Shown: positions 40,551 through 55,604 of the stretch, one piece after another
Layout: each line of letters opens with the position of its first letter
Numbering within the stretch: position 1 is the stretch's first letter
Assembly: GCA_951406725.2 (NCBI GenBank)
Contig: OX597817.1
Coordinates: 36,022,001-36,086,000 of the forward strand
DNA length: 64,000 nucleotides
Origin: Octopus vulgaris
Lineage: Eukaryota
Direction: 5' to 3'
Made by a program: the position numbers and the translations under genes
Notes under the pieces: model-generated
Seen by the model: only the letters and a program-made list of their open reading frames with translations
Told to the model about the DNA's origin: nothing
Database searches by the model: none

Positions 40551-41209
40551 TGTGTATGTGTGTGTGTAAGTGTGTGTATGTGTGTGTGTGTGTGTGTGTT
40601 TGTGTGTCTATGTTTGTCTCCCCACCATCACTTGACAACCGCGTGTTTATGTCCCCGTAACTTAGCAGTTCAGCAAAAAGATCCAGGCTTACAAAGAATA
40701 AGTTCTGGGGTCGATTTGTTCGACTAAAGGTAGTGCTCCAGCATGGCTACAGTCAAATGAAATAGGTATTTCGTCTGCCATTGCGTTCTGAGTTCAAATT
40801 CTGTCGCGGTCGACTTTGCCTTCCATCCTTTCGGGGTTGATAAATAAAGTACCTATTTCTTTACTACCCACAAGGGGCTAAACACAGAGAGGACAAACAA
40901 GGACAGACAAACGGAATAAGTCGATTATATCGACCCCAGTGCGTAACTGGTACTTAATTTATCGACCCCGAAAGGATGAAAGGCAAAGTCGACCTCGGCG
41001 GAATTTGAACTCAGAACGTAGCGGCAGACGAAATACGGCTACGCATTTTCGCCCGGCGTGCTAACGTTTCTGCCAGCTCTAAAGTACCAGTTACGCACTG
41101 GGGTCGATGTAATTGACTTAATCCTTTGTCTGTCCCTTCTATGTTTAGCCCCGTGTGGCAATAAAGAAATTTAAGAAATAAGAAGCTTGGTGATGATGAG
41201 ATGATACAG

Positions 41210-42888
<1,679 letters not shown>

Positions 42889-43588
42889 TTATTTCTTCAC
42901 CACAATACAGAAATGTTTCACTTCTTAACAAAAGTTTTTTCTGCTATATTTCCAACAACTATGATCTTTGTTGATATCTGAAAATGTTAGGAAACATTCT
43001 TTGCAAATTTCTCAAAGATTAACTACATAGAGTGCAAAATTAACTGGTAAACATTCCAGATAGTGAAGAAAACTTGCTACTGATCTCTGGTTAAAAGAAA
43101 AAATTCATTGTTTATTCTGATGAAGTCAACAAGAAAATTTATAAGCTCCTCTTTTTGTCATAAAAGTTGATAAATATTGATGACGTATCTCATGTATACA
43201 ATTCTTTGCCATCGATGTCACTTGGTATTCTGAAATATAACAGAGAAACAATAGTGTAACATACAGAGGATAGTTACAAAGTAGAGATGCAATTGTGGAA
43301 ATTTTGCTACATTTCTCTAGAAATGAACAGTGAACAAAAGCTAAAATAAATCATTTGTTTTCATAAATTTGTATTTTGTACGGTTAAGCCCACTATTCCC
43401 ATAACATGTGTTTATGACATCTGGGTAATATTTAAATCAAAATGACCACAGGCCAGTTTCAGTATAAACAAGTTTGTATTTAAACAAAAAAGACTGGCAA
43501 TATATCGAGCTGGCAGAACCGTTAGCGTGTTAGAAAAAATGCTGAACGGTATGTTTTGTAGTTGTCTATATTTATGTACGTTTAAGAC

Positions 43589-43967
43589 GGCGCAATGGCC
43601 CAGTGGTTAGGGCAGCGGACTCGCGGTCATAGGATCGCGGTTTCGATTCCCGGACCGGGCGTTGTGAGTGTTTATTGAGCGAAAACACCTAAAGCTCCAC
43701 GAGGCTCCGGCAGGGGATGGTGGTGATCCCTGCTGTACTCTTTCACCACAACTTTCTCTCACTCTTACTTCCTGTTTCTGTTGTACCTGTATTTCAAAGG
43801 GCCGGCCTTGTCACTCTCTGTGTCACGCTGAATATCCCCGAGAACTACGTTAAGAGTGCACGTGTCTGTGGAGTGCTCAGCCACTTACACGTTAATTTCA
43901 CGAGCAGGCTGTTCCGTTGATTCGGATCAACCGGAACCCCCATCGTCGTAACCGACGGAGTGCTTCC
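43589..43967 (+). mobile_element. tRNA-derived SINE family C, tail type 1
   Basis: Head GGCGCAATGGCCCAGTGGTTAGGGCAGCGGACTCGCGG..GGTTTCGATTCCC; flanking direct repeat ATTTATGTACGTTTAAGAC. Confidence 0.85.
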
Positions 43968-44614
43968 ATTTATGTACGTTTAAGACGGCGAGTTGGCTGA
44001 AACGTTAGCACGCCGGGCGAAATGCGTAGCCGTATTTCGTCTGCCGTTACGTTCTGAGTTCAAATTCCGCCGAGGTCGACTTTGCCTTTCATCCTTTCGG
44101 GGTCGATAAATTAAGTACAAGTTACGCACTGGGGTCGATGTAATCGACTTAATCCGTTTGTCTGTCCTTATTTGCCCCCTCTGTGTTTAGCCCCTTTGTG
44201 GGTAGTAAAGAAATAGATATATTTATGTACGCTTTGAGTTCGCTTCCCACGAGAATCAACTTAGTTTTTCATAACTTTTGAGGTCGATAAATCAGAGTAC
44301 CAGTCGTGCATAGTTATTGATGTTATTGACTATATCTTTCCCACCAAAATTTCTGGCTAAGTGCCAAAAATTGAAACAATTAAAAAGGCGATGAAAAAAC
44401 AGATATAGCTTTTCGAAATCTGCTTCACGATAGGAAGAGTATCGAAGGATCAGAAAGCGATGTCGTTGCGAACGTTTGGTTACCAGAAGCTAGTTATCAC
44501 TGAGGTAACTTTCCATGCCTTTACCCTGTGAGTTCAAATCCCAATAGGATGCTTGCTCTCATTCATGCTTACTCAGACACTCAAAAAGGACGTGACATTA
44601 GACTTATGTTCTAA

Positions 44615-44714
44615 NNNNNNNNNNNNNNNNNNNNNNNNNNNNNNNNNNNNNNNNNNNNNNNNNNNNNNNNNNNNNNNNNNNNNNNNNNNNNNNNNNNNNN
44701 NNNNNNNNNNNNNN
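44615..44714. other. Assembly gap (100 N)
   Basis: Run of N; the order of the flanks is not verified by sequence. Confidence 1.
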
Positions 44715-44825
44715 AATGTACACATATATATTTATGTGTATATTTGCATAAATGTTATGTTTATGTACGTACATGTATATATATATATATATATATACGT
44801 TCGTGTGTGTGTGTGCTTATATTTA

Positions 44826-44874
<49 letters not shown>

Positions 44875-45497
44875 TATGTGTGTGTATGTATGTAAATGTA
44901 TATATGCGTATATATATATATATCTATCATTTTTATTTGTTTAAGAATATATATGTTTGATTATGTGCATATGTATGCATTGATATATGTATACGTATAT
45001 GTAAGTCTGTGTGCATATAAGGTTTTATGTGTATAAGTTCGGTGTACGTGCGTGCACATATGTGTGCCTGAAATGATTAAAATCACAATTGTTTCTTCGA
45101 ACTATGGGGTCTCATAAAACTGGTGCTTATTTTTCAAAGTTTGTTTCATAAATTCACTGTTCAATTTATTATAGATTCAGTGTGAATGTAGCTGTCAATA
45201 TATTTTTTTTCCTTTCGGTTTTATGATACGAAATAAAAGATAATGACTTCTTTTTGCGTAGGCATAAGACCAGTATTATAGAGGTGTTGTATCGTTGAAT
45301 CTCTGAAACCAATTGTTTTCTGTCTGTCACTCAGCGACAACATTGTTATTTAGTCTTGTGCGCCAACCAATCGATACATCATTTGTCTAACACAAGTGAA
45401 ACGTGATAGATAGAATAAACAGTTTGGTATTTGTTTATTGAGAGTATCCATCAATGGGTAATTATATATATTAACTTGTCAACTATATCATCTCATT

Positions 45498-45730
45498 AGA
45501 AGGTGGCGAGCTGGCAGAAACGTTAGCGCGCCGGGCGAAATGCTTAGCGGTATTTCGTCTGTCGTTACGTTCAGAGTTCAAATTCCGCCGAGGTCGACTT
45601 TGCCATTCATCCTTTCGGTGTCGATTAAATAAGTACCAGTTTCGAACTGGGGTCGATGTAATCGACTTAATCCCTTTGTCTGTCCTTGTTTGTCCCCTCT
45701 ATGTTTAGCCCCTTGTGGGCAGTAAAGAAA
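45498..45730 (+). mobile_element. SINE family B (Meta-domain-like core)
   Basis: GGCGAGCTGGCAGAAACGTTAG..GAGTTCAAATTCC..core like GCCTTTCATCCTTTCGGGGTCGATAAATTAAGTACCAG. Other copies 3742-3968, 17705-17935, 28157-28376(-), 40854-41079(-), 43981-44215. Confidence 0.8.
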
Positions 45731-45873
45731 TATATCATCTCATTAACATGCGCAGGTATGGCTGTGTGGTTAATAAACTCGCTTTGCAACCAAGTGTTTT
45801 CGGGTTCGGTCCTACTGCGCAGCACTTTGGGCAAGTGTCTTCTACTATATCTTCGGGTCCAACACTCCATATA

Positions 45874-46105
45874 TATTGGGTTGGCAAGAAAGTAATTTCG
45901 TTTTTCGCAAATAGAGTTACGACATTTTTGAATGACTTTTGTCAATGTTATGATTATTTCCTTTTGACATTTAATAGCTGTTACTTTTAGCTTACTTTAG
46001 AAGCAAATTGCGCGTAATTTTGTTTACAGCTTTGTCAATTTTAACGTGGAGTGCAAAAATGAACATTTTCACTATATTTTGCTTTTTTTATTTCCGTAAA
46101 GGCAA
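45874..46105 (+). mobile_element. Mariner 5' end
   Basis: TA+TTGGGTTGGCAAGAAAGTAAT TIR; transposase start remnant ECKNEHFHYILL..FRKG. Confidence 0.65.
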
Positions 46106-46645
46106 GTAAGCGAAAGGGATGAAAGCAAAGACAAACTCAGCGGAATTTGAACCCAGAACGTAAAGACGGGCGAAATGCCGCTAAGCACTCTGCCTGGCTT
46201 GCTAACGATTCTGTCAGTTCGCCGTCCTGATTCACACATAACATATTAAGTTAATTTACAGTGTAGCGTTGTCACTGACCAGATCAAAGTTCGAGTGATG
46301 AAAATGTTGACACCATATCACAAATGACTGATTAAGGGAGGTTAACAGTCTTTGTGTATTTCTGAACGGTTAATATGTATCTTTCATGCTGCAATCGTTT
46401 TAGTTTCAATACCCGAGCTGAGATCAAATCATTTAATTGGCAAGCACCCCTTCGTAATTTTATTTGTGACACCTCAATTATCCACAAATTATAAGCAATA
46501 ATATGGTCATACTCGTTTCTGCTTTTAGGACAATCAGTAGCAGAAACTTACCGTTCTGAATTTAAATCCTTGGGTCTCCATAAAATAATAATCGTAAAAT
46601 ACTGTGGTTGATGTAATCAACTAATATTTCATCTTCTAAATCAAT

Positions 46646-47046
46646 TCTTTTACTCTTTTATTTGTTTCAGTCATATGACTGTGGCCATGCTGGTGCACCG
46701 CCTTTGGTCGAGCAAATCGACCCCAGGACTTATTCTTTGTAAGCCTAGTACTATTCTATCGATCTCATTTGCTGGTGTGTTTACGGGGACGTAAACACAC
46801 CACCATCGGTTGTCAAGCGATGTTGGGGGGACAAACACAGACACACAAACACACGCACACACATATATATATACATATATACGACGGGCTTCTTTCAGTT
46901 TCCGTCTACCAAATCCACTCACAAGGCTTTGGTCGGCCCGAGGTTATAGTAGAAGACACTTGGCCCAAGGTGCCACGCAGTGGGACTGAACCCGGAACCA
47001 TGTGGTTGGTAAGCAAGCTACTTACTACACAGCCACTCCTACGCCT
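46646..47046 (-). mobile_element. SINE family A
   Basis: Near-full copy. Confidence 0.85.
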
Positions 47047-48031
47047 ATTGTTTATTTTTTTAGTCTATATATGAAAAATTCTGGTATCATCACCATAAAA
47101 AGTAATCGAAAAGATGACAATTGCAATAAGAGCCTGAAATATTTGATCTAATCTTCTCACTGTTACAAAAATGCTGATAAATGAGCAACCTACGGCATTA
47201 AGAATGAATGCATTCACACTACACTTCTGCTACCTGCTACCTCCTACCGTAGCCAGCTGACTGATCGCAGTTTCATCGATTCTCTGCTAACTATCACTTG
47301 CAGCACATCTGCTTCTCTCCCTCAAAAACAGCTATGTGGGTGAGTATATCCCTCCATATTTCGCGCATAACACAAACTCGTTGTCCCAAACTCTCATGTT
47401 ATCTACACATAGCTGCATTACAGTTATTCAAGCATAAAGTAACAAAACCAAACAAAATAAAAAACAAAATACGCAAAAGAAAGCAAAATCAAAAAGAACA
47501 AGACCAACAATGAAAACTATCTACCCCTAATAACTGTATGGCTCTTACCCAGTACCACAACTCCTATAATATTATCACCTAAATTCAAACAAACAAGACC
47601 ATAGTCTCTGATGATGTCCTTATCGTTTCCCTCAACCCATACACTGCAGAGCTCGGCCTTAGGCTCGTTACACTCTTCAAGTCTTTCTTTACAAAAATAT
47701 TTACCAATATTAGAAAATACTCTACAATATTTCTCATCACCAAGAAATGTAAGCCTCTTTGACTTTTACAACTATCTCCCTTTCGTACTCATTTCCAATA
47801 TCACAGAAGTAACGGCAACAGATATTAAAAGCAGCATCACTTTCTCTGCTTCCATAATGATTACTAGTATGACTTACGTAAAGATTTGATGAAGATCGAA
47901 TCTCTTATGTCACTCATCACTGAGCTACACCTTAGAGAAATTTGGTGAAAGTAATGTCATTGCCTTTCGACCGTGTCGGATACACGATGATAATGATGAT
48001 GATGATGATGATGATGATAATGATGATGATA

Positions 48032-48076
<45 letters not shown>

Positions 48077-49149
48077 GTGATGGTGATAACCTTAACCCCA
48101 ATCTCTTATTAAAAATAACCGCCTGTGGGTTGTATCCGTTTCTCGTCTCTTTAACTGACGGGTTCCTATCAGATCGCACCCTCACGGCATGTGCTGCTGA
48201 TGCCCTCCTCGACCCACATTCTGTCAAAACTACTATATCCCGGAGTTCGGCCCTATCCACTGCCCTCTTCCTTCTATACACCAGGGGCCTACTTTTCAGA
48301 TGGTACCACTCTTCATTCTTTAGCGATTTCCGGGTTATTTCCCTTCATCAGCACAGAATAATTGTTCGGCTAGAGGTGACGCTGCCAAATTCCCGTTCGA
48401 AATGTATAGTTTTCATATTATAGTCTTATAGTTTTATATAGTTTATAGTTTTATAAATTAGAAAATTACTATTTTTAAATCTCACAACGTGAGATATTCA
48501 GCAACAGTACTTTGTAGTAAAGATTGTTTGCCAACATAACATGGCAGTCTCGGTCTAGGACGAATGTTGCTGTAATTTTGTCCCAGGAGACATCGTCTCC
48601 AGCTGGCTATACGACACAGTCTGTGAGATTTAAAAATAGTAATTTTCTAATTCCACACGGTTGTCTAGCACATCTACGTTATATTAGTTTAGGTTCAGAA
48701 ACTGACAAACAACAGCAACGTGGAGGCGCCATGGCCCAGTGGTTAGGGCAGCGAACTCGCGGTCGTAAAAACGCGGTCTCGATTCCTAGACCGGGTATTG
48801 TGAGTGTTTATTGAGCAAAAACACCTAAGCTCCACGAGGCTCCAGCGGGGTAGGTGGTGTACACTTTCACCACAACTTTCTCTCTTTCTTCCCACTTCTG
48901 CCACAAAGCAGAGGAACACACTATGGTGTGGTAAACTTTCAGACCCTAGTCTAGATTGCGAATCCTCGGTACCTCAGGATGGTTCAGCTGTCCATCCGTT
49001 AAAATCCACCGTTTACGGAATGAGGATAACAGCGTTGCTTTCGCACCTGTGCAACCGCCAGTCTATGGCGTGTGATGGGTGGATCTTCAAGTTGCCACAC
49101 GCATTCTTAGTATCTTAGAGTGGTGGTGGTGTTGTCGTCGTTTTTGTAG

Positions 49150-49450
49150 TCATCATCGTCATGATCATGACGATCATGATAATCATCACCATCACCATCA
49201 TCATCATCATCATCACCACCATCATCATCATCATTATCATAATCATCATCATCATCGTCATCATCACCATCATCATCATCATCACCACCATCATCATCAT
49301 CACCATTATCATAATCAGCATCATCATCGTCGTCGTCATCATCACCATCACCATCATCAACATCATCATCATCATCATCATCATTATCATCATCATCGTC
49401 GTCGTCGTCGTCGTCGTCATCCGTCGTCGTCGTCGTCGTCATCATCGTCG
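49150..49450. repeat. (CAT/CAC/CGT)n microsatellite
   Basis: Direct reading; source of the poly-H/D/M ORFs. Confidence 0.95.
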
Positions 49451-49555
49451 TTGAAATCACCATCATGTTGAACAATTTAAACAGCAATAACTGCTATTAA
49501 CAAGCACAGCAACAAGCACAATTCCAACAACAATGAATGAACGAATAGCACCAAG

Positions 49556-49606
<51 letters not shown>

Positions 49607-49981
49607 ACATTATACACACATATACACATACACACAAACAAATTACAAAACCGTGAATAAAACGGAATTGAACAAATGTCGTCGTCGTCATCATCGTCGT
49701 TGAAATCAGACTTTCGCATCGATGGAACAGTCTGGAAAAGTCTTGTAACCTTCTCGAAAGTCTCGTATTACTTTTTAAAATGTCTTTTGTACAACATTGA
49801 AAGCTCTGTTCAATAGTAAAAACAAAGTAAAATAGCAACAAACAGGAGATGAGCATACAAACAACACACACATCACACACAAACACACGAAAACACACAC
49901 ATACACACATTATACACACATATACACATACACAAAACATATCCCATTTATTTATATATTTATTATTATTATTATTATTAT

Positions 49982-50498
49982 TCAGTAGTTTTATTTTTAT
50001 TTTTATAGCGTGCTTTCACTTCACTACCGAGCGCAGCTCTGTGTGCCTTGGGTATGTGCTGTGATTTGTTGTGATGCTCTGATGATTATTGTATGGAAAG
50101 TGTTCTGCGTAGGATGTGGGCAGTGCCTAGTAGTGCAATTTTCTGTATGTTATATGTGTTTGTAAGTCCTGGTGTTTTTGTTATGTATTTGTCTGAATAT
50201 TTTTTTATCATGCCTAATGCACCTACTATGATAGGAATTGTTTCTGTTTTCAGATTCCACATTCTAGTTACCTCTATTTCCAGGTCTTTGTATTTTGAGA
50301 GTTTCTCCATTTCTTTTAGAGACACGTTGTCATCTGCCGGTATTGATACATCAATTAAAAAGCATTTTTTTCTTCATGATCTCTGACAACTATATCTGGC
50401 CTGTTGGCCTTAATTTCTCTATCTGTGTGTATCGGCATATCCCAGAGTATGGTTGCTTTCTCGTTTTCTGTGACCTTTTCTGGTGTGTGCCTATACCA
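49982..50498 (-). mobile_element. R4/Dong-like LINE 3' fragment (restriction-like endonuclease), copy 1
   Basis: ILWDMPIHTDREIKANRPDIVV..CFLIDVS..KLSKYKDL..IPIIVGALG..QKIALLGTAHILRR. Flanked by (ATT)n on both sides. Confidence 0.88.
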
Positions 50499-50510
50499 TA
50501 CTATTATTAC

Positions 50511-50607
<97 letters not shown>

Positions 50608-50919
50608 TTACTGTTTAATTTAAATAAACTGAAAGAAAAAAGTCGAAGAAAAATATTATAAATTCAAATCGAAATCATTAATTCAAAAATTATTTGAAAT
50701 AATGCATTAAAATTTAACGACAATGTTTAATTGCTTTATAGTTTAAATAGAACCATTGTCCAAAGTTCACAGTCGGCTCTTAGGAGATACAAAAAATAAT
50801 AAAGGAATTAATGATAGAATATTTATTTTCTTTACTAATTTAACGGGTCACACAAACTGTTGAACACAATAAACTACAAATATCGTTGTTTGTTAGCAGT
50901 CAAGCGCAGCCATAGTGGA

Positions 50920-51423
50920 GGCGCAATGGCCCAGTGGTTAGGGCAGCGGACTCGCGGTCGTAAGAACGCGGTTTCGATTCCCAGACCGAGCATTGTGAGT
51001 GTTTATTGAGCAAAAATACCTAAGCTTCACGAGGCTTCGGCGGTGGAGTGGGGGATGAACCCCGCTGTACTCTTTAACCACAACTTTCTCTCACTCTTTC
51101 TTCCTACTTCTGCCACAAAGCAGAAGAGCCATGGTGTAACCCACTGTGGTGTGGTAAACTTTCAGACCCTAGTCTAGATTGCGAATCCTCTGTACCCCAG
51201 GATGGTTCAGCTCTCCACCCGTTAAAAGCCACCGTTTACGGAATGAGGATAACAACGTAGTTTTGGCGCCCGTGCCACCGCCAGTCTATTGCGTGTGATG
51301 GGTGGATCTTCAAGTTGCCACACGCATTCTTAGTAGCTTAGAGTAGGCTCGAATTAGAGATTATTCTTTGTGGCTAATGGCGTGAGTCCTGATTGGAAGA
51401 AGAAGAAGAAGAAGAAGAAGAAG
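50920..51423 (+). mobile_element. SINE family C, tail type 2 ending in (GAA)n
   Basis: Same head as 43589; tail shared with 48724-49121 and 57821-58270. Confidence 0.85.
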
Positions 51424-51621
51424 CGCAGCCACACACAGGTTGTTACGTTCACACATACAAGCATACGCATACACATACATACGTGTACTCATACATGCGC
51501 GTACTCATATGTAGTCGCATATAGTTGCATGCATGAACTTTTACCTCTATCACAACCAAGGACCCATTTTATTCAAATGTGTTTTCCCACGGACTCCTTT
51601 TAATGTGCCTATCCTTACGTA

Positions 51622-51870
51622 TTGGGCTGGTGCATAATTATTGCGGCTTTTTTCAATAAATTTTATTCAGCAAAAAGAATAACAACATGTAATAAAAACA
51701 TCTTTAAATGATTATTCCGGAGCATATTCACCATCTACTTCAATTACTGTCTCTCATTTGCTTGGCAGACGGTCAGACCGTCATTTAAATATGTTTTTGT
51801 TAAATATTGTTATTGTTTTTGTTGAATAAAATTTGTTGAAAAAAAGCCGCAATAATTATGCACCAGCCCA

Positions 51871-51871
<1 letters not shown>
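51622..51871 (-). mobile_element. Mariner-derived MITE
   Basis: Long TIRs TTGGGCTGGTGCATAATTATTGCGGC, left TA, internal transposase end DRLPSK*ETVIEVDGEY. Confidence 0.85.
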
Positions 51872-51946
<75 letters not shown>

Positions 51947-51950
51947 TGCG

Positions 51951-52272
51951 AAGGCGCGGGTCTTAGTGGTTAGGGCATTCGACTCATGATCGTAAGGTCG
52001 TGAGTTCAATTTCCGGCGACGCGTTGTGTCCTTGAGCAAGACACTTTACTTTTCACGTTGCTCCAGTCCACTCAGCTGGCAAAAATGAGTAATACCTGTA
52101 TTTCAAAGGGCCAGCCTTGTCACTCTTTGTGTCACGCTGAATCTCCCTAAGAACTGCGTTAAGAGTACACGTGTCTGTGGAGTGCTCAGCCACTTGCACG
52201 TTAATTTCACGAGCAAGCTGTTCCATTGATCGTATCAACTAGGACCCTCGTCGTCGTAACCGACGGGGTACT
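51951..52272 (+). mobile_element. tRNA-SINE with a different head and tail type 1
   Basis: GTGTCCTTGAGCAAGACACTT core; 3' half matches 43787-43965. Confidence 0.75.
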
Positions 52273-55126
52273 GCCCCCCACATATATATGAAATTTTGAA
52301 TTTAGTTCACGGACCCCCAGTACTACCTTTGTGGACCACAGGTTGGGAACCACTGAAGTATATGATTATATATCATTCCATTTGATTTGAGAAAGTTCAG
52401 TTTAGCCACTGTATATATTGTGTTCATCTTGGAATGACAATATGGACAACGTCGTTGAAGACAATGATGACGATGACGATGACGATGATGATGATGATGA
52501 CGACGATCTGAACTCATATCAGGAAAACCGCAAAATATGTTTCCCGATGCAGTAACGATTTTGACGTGGCCCAAAAATCTGGAGAGAAGAGTTTTCTCAA
52601 TTAACTCGACCTCTGTACTCGACTGGTATCTATCCCTGCGGGACGAAAGGCAAAGTTTAGTTTGAAGATTCTAATACTTTTATTGGAAGAATGAATGTAG
52701 TCTCTTGAACAGGTCCTGTACAAGGTGATGTTTATCAATATTGCAATTTAAAGGCTATGGCATTCGAACTCAGAACACTAGTATCGAGACTGCAGGCTCA
52801 TCAGGCCGGAATTGACTCGTATTTCCACGACTGAGCGTACAAGTCTCCTTTCCAACAGGACAGCAACAATCGCAGGGTTAATTCCGTAGGTGTTACTGCT
52901 ATTCATTTCAAGTTTTGCCTTACAAAAAACCAAAAACCAAAAACCCAAAAAAAAACAAACAAAAACAAACTATGCGCCACCCGATCCAGGAATCGAACTC
53001 ACAATCAGGAGCCATACGCTTTAATTATTTGGCCACGTGTTTTCACGTCTCAGTGTGTAAGAGGATAAAGTTAAGTTTAACAGCTTATGACGATTGTCAT
53101 ACATTGGAGTTTAGTTCTCGATGAGCGGAGTCGACGTTTCTTCCTGGCTGGAGCCATTTTGCTCGATTTATTTAACTAATTAAATTTTAATCTCAGTAGA
53201 TTTTCTATAGAGCTCAGAATCAGCATTGAAAATTACGACGTTTCGAATACATTTCGTAAACGTATTCGTATGTGAAATGCCGTAAACCTCCAGTGCTGTC
53301 TCTAGACTCTATAGAAAACCTGTGGAAATGAACTTAAAAATGGAAACATCGGCCTTCTAGCACAAAAGCAGCAATAAATATTATTAATTTTAAACCTTTA
53401 ATATACTCGGTTGTATATTATGGTTGCAAAATGAAATATTGTGTCCTTGCTCGAAATTAATATTAAGAGTCGCACTAAACCCCATCCAACCAAGGTATCC
53501 TCTATGTAGTCATTTAAAATGACAGAAGTAGCAGCCAAATTTTACTCAAATCATAGCATGACATCTTAAAAAAGTAATGGTAATAAAGATGGATATCATA
53601 ATCCTACATACGTTCAAAAAAGAAAAGAAAACAAAAAACAAAAAGAAGACGGATTGGGTATAGCTTGAACACTTTTGATTATAAGTCTGCGACTAGGGTT
53701 GACCTAGGGCTAAACAGCAACGAGAACATCAGAAGGAAGAAGACAATAATGAAATATAAAGAATCTTTCAAGGCGACAAGAGAAATTGACAGGTCAACTA
53801 TTCGAAAGAAAGGGAGAGAAAGAAAAGAAGAAGGCAATAACGGACACAGATTACAGCACTAAACTTGTTAGCAAGAAGTGTATAGTATTTCAGATGGCTT
53901 TCTCCTGTGGCCAATTTATTTAATTTCAACAAATATAGCTTACTTCGGATAAAGTAGGGTTTCCTTTAATTAGTTTTGTTTTTATTTTCAACAATGAAAA
54001 GGCAAAATAGCATTTTTTTTCTTTGGTTTCTTCAACTAGGAATGAAGTAAAATCAATAAGAGAAACTGAAATACCATTAGCGATAAAATCAACGCACCAG
54101 TAACACAATCAATGGCTATAAAAGAAGAAAATGAACCAACGAAGAAACCTATTCACGGTTGCTCATCTTACTATAATTAGCAGCTAAATCTCCCTCAAAT
54201 TACTTCATACCATCTTAAAAAGGATGAGATATAGAAAAGTTTAATCCGACAAATATGTCAGGCAAAAGTAATATTAATAAAAGCGAGATGGTTACAAGTG
54301 AAACACGATAGACAAACACTCAAATCAAACCGCGGATTAATACCGAGTGGAGATCTTAAACAAAACAAGCTATAAAATCATAGAAACAGTCAACATAAAA
54401 CCCAAACACTTATAAACAGAAAGTAAAAAGTACTAAATAACAACCCATTCATTCAATCACACTTCGAATCACATCAAAACACAATAGGAAAGTAGAAGTG
54501 ATATTGTCTTCTGTTAAAGTCACAAGCTTCCACAACGATCCTGATGTGAATACAACAATAACCACAAGCTGACGAGCCAACGGAAGATATGCTATCAGCT
54601 AGCTTGACCACAAGAAATAGCAGTAAAATCTCTTTCAAATCTCAACCAACAGTTTTCAGGAAAACTAGATTACATTGAATGATGGAATCTTAGGAGTCGA
54701 CTGGGAAGAAAATGTCCAGTTGTACACGAAGAGAATGCTTTTGATCACAGGTCTGCTTGATCAGGATTGATGCGAGGCTCATAACTGAGACGACCACAGA
54801 AGAAATAACCAATGTACTTGTAGTTAAACCCATGCACAACAGTGACTACTAATATATCCAAAGAGCTGTTAAAGAAATCTGAACAATCTTCTCCAACTCG
54901 GTTACACAGTTTCCTAAGAAAAACTAGAACGCCATCAAACGCCATTATCAAAGACTTCAATATACAAAAAACATCCTGTTACAAAAATTAAAGATAATAC
55001 AAAATGAAATGCAGCGCATTGCAACTAAATTCTCTTTATTTCCTAAACAACCCAAACATTGCAAACACGTTGCAAAACTAACTACAGCAACTCATTCAGA
55101 CATCAGCCTTGCGTTACACTCCTAGT

Positions 55127-55604
<478 letters not shown>

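Noticed and set aside
43589-43660. tRNA gene
   Set aside because: It is a SINE head that continues into the SINE body and recurs several times in the window.
49079-49487. Poly-His, poly-Asp and poly-Met proteins (and the YI, CV, IYLS and poly-I ORFs elsewhere)
   Set aside because: These are translations of microsatellites.
52760-52812. Hammerhead candidates (minus-strand CTGATGAG here; also near 54570 and 60810)
   Set aside because: GAAA and/or the stems are missing; too degenerate to call.
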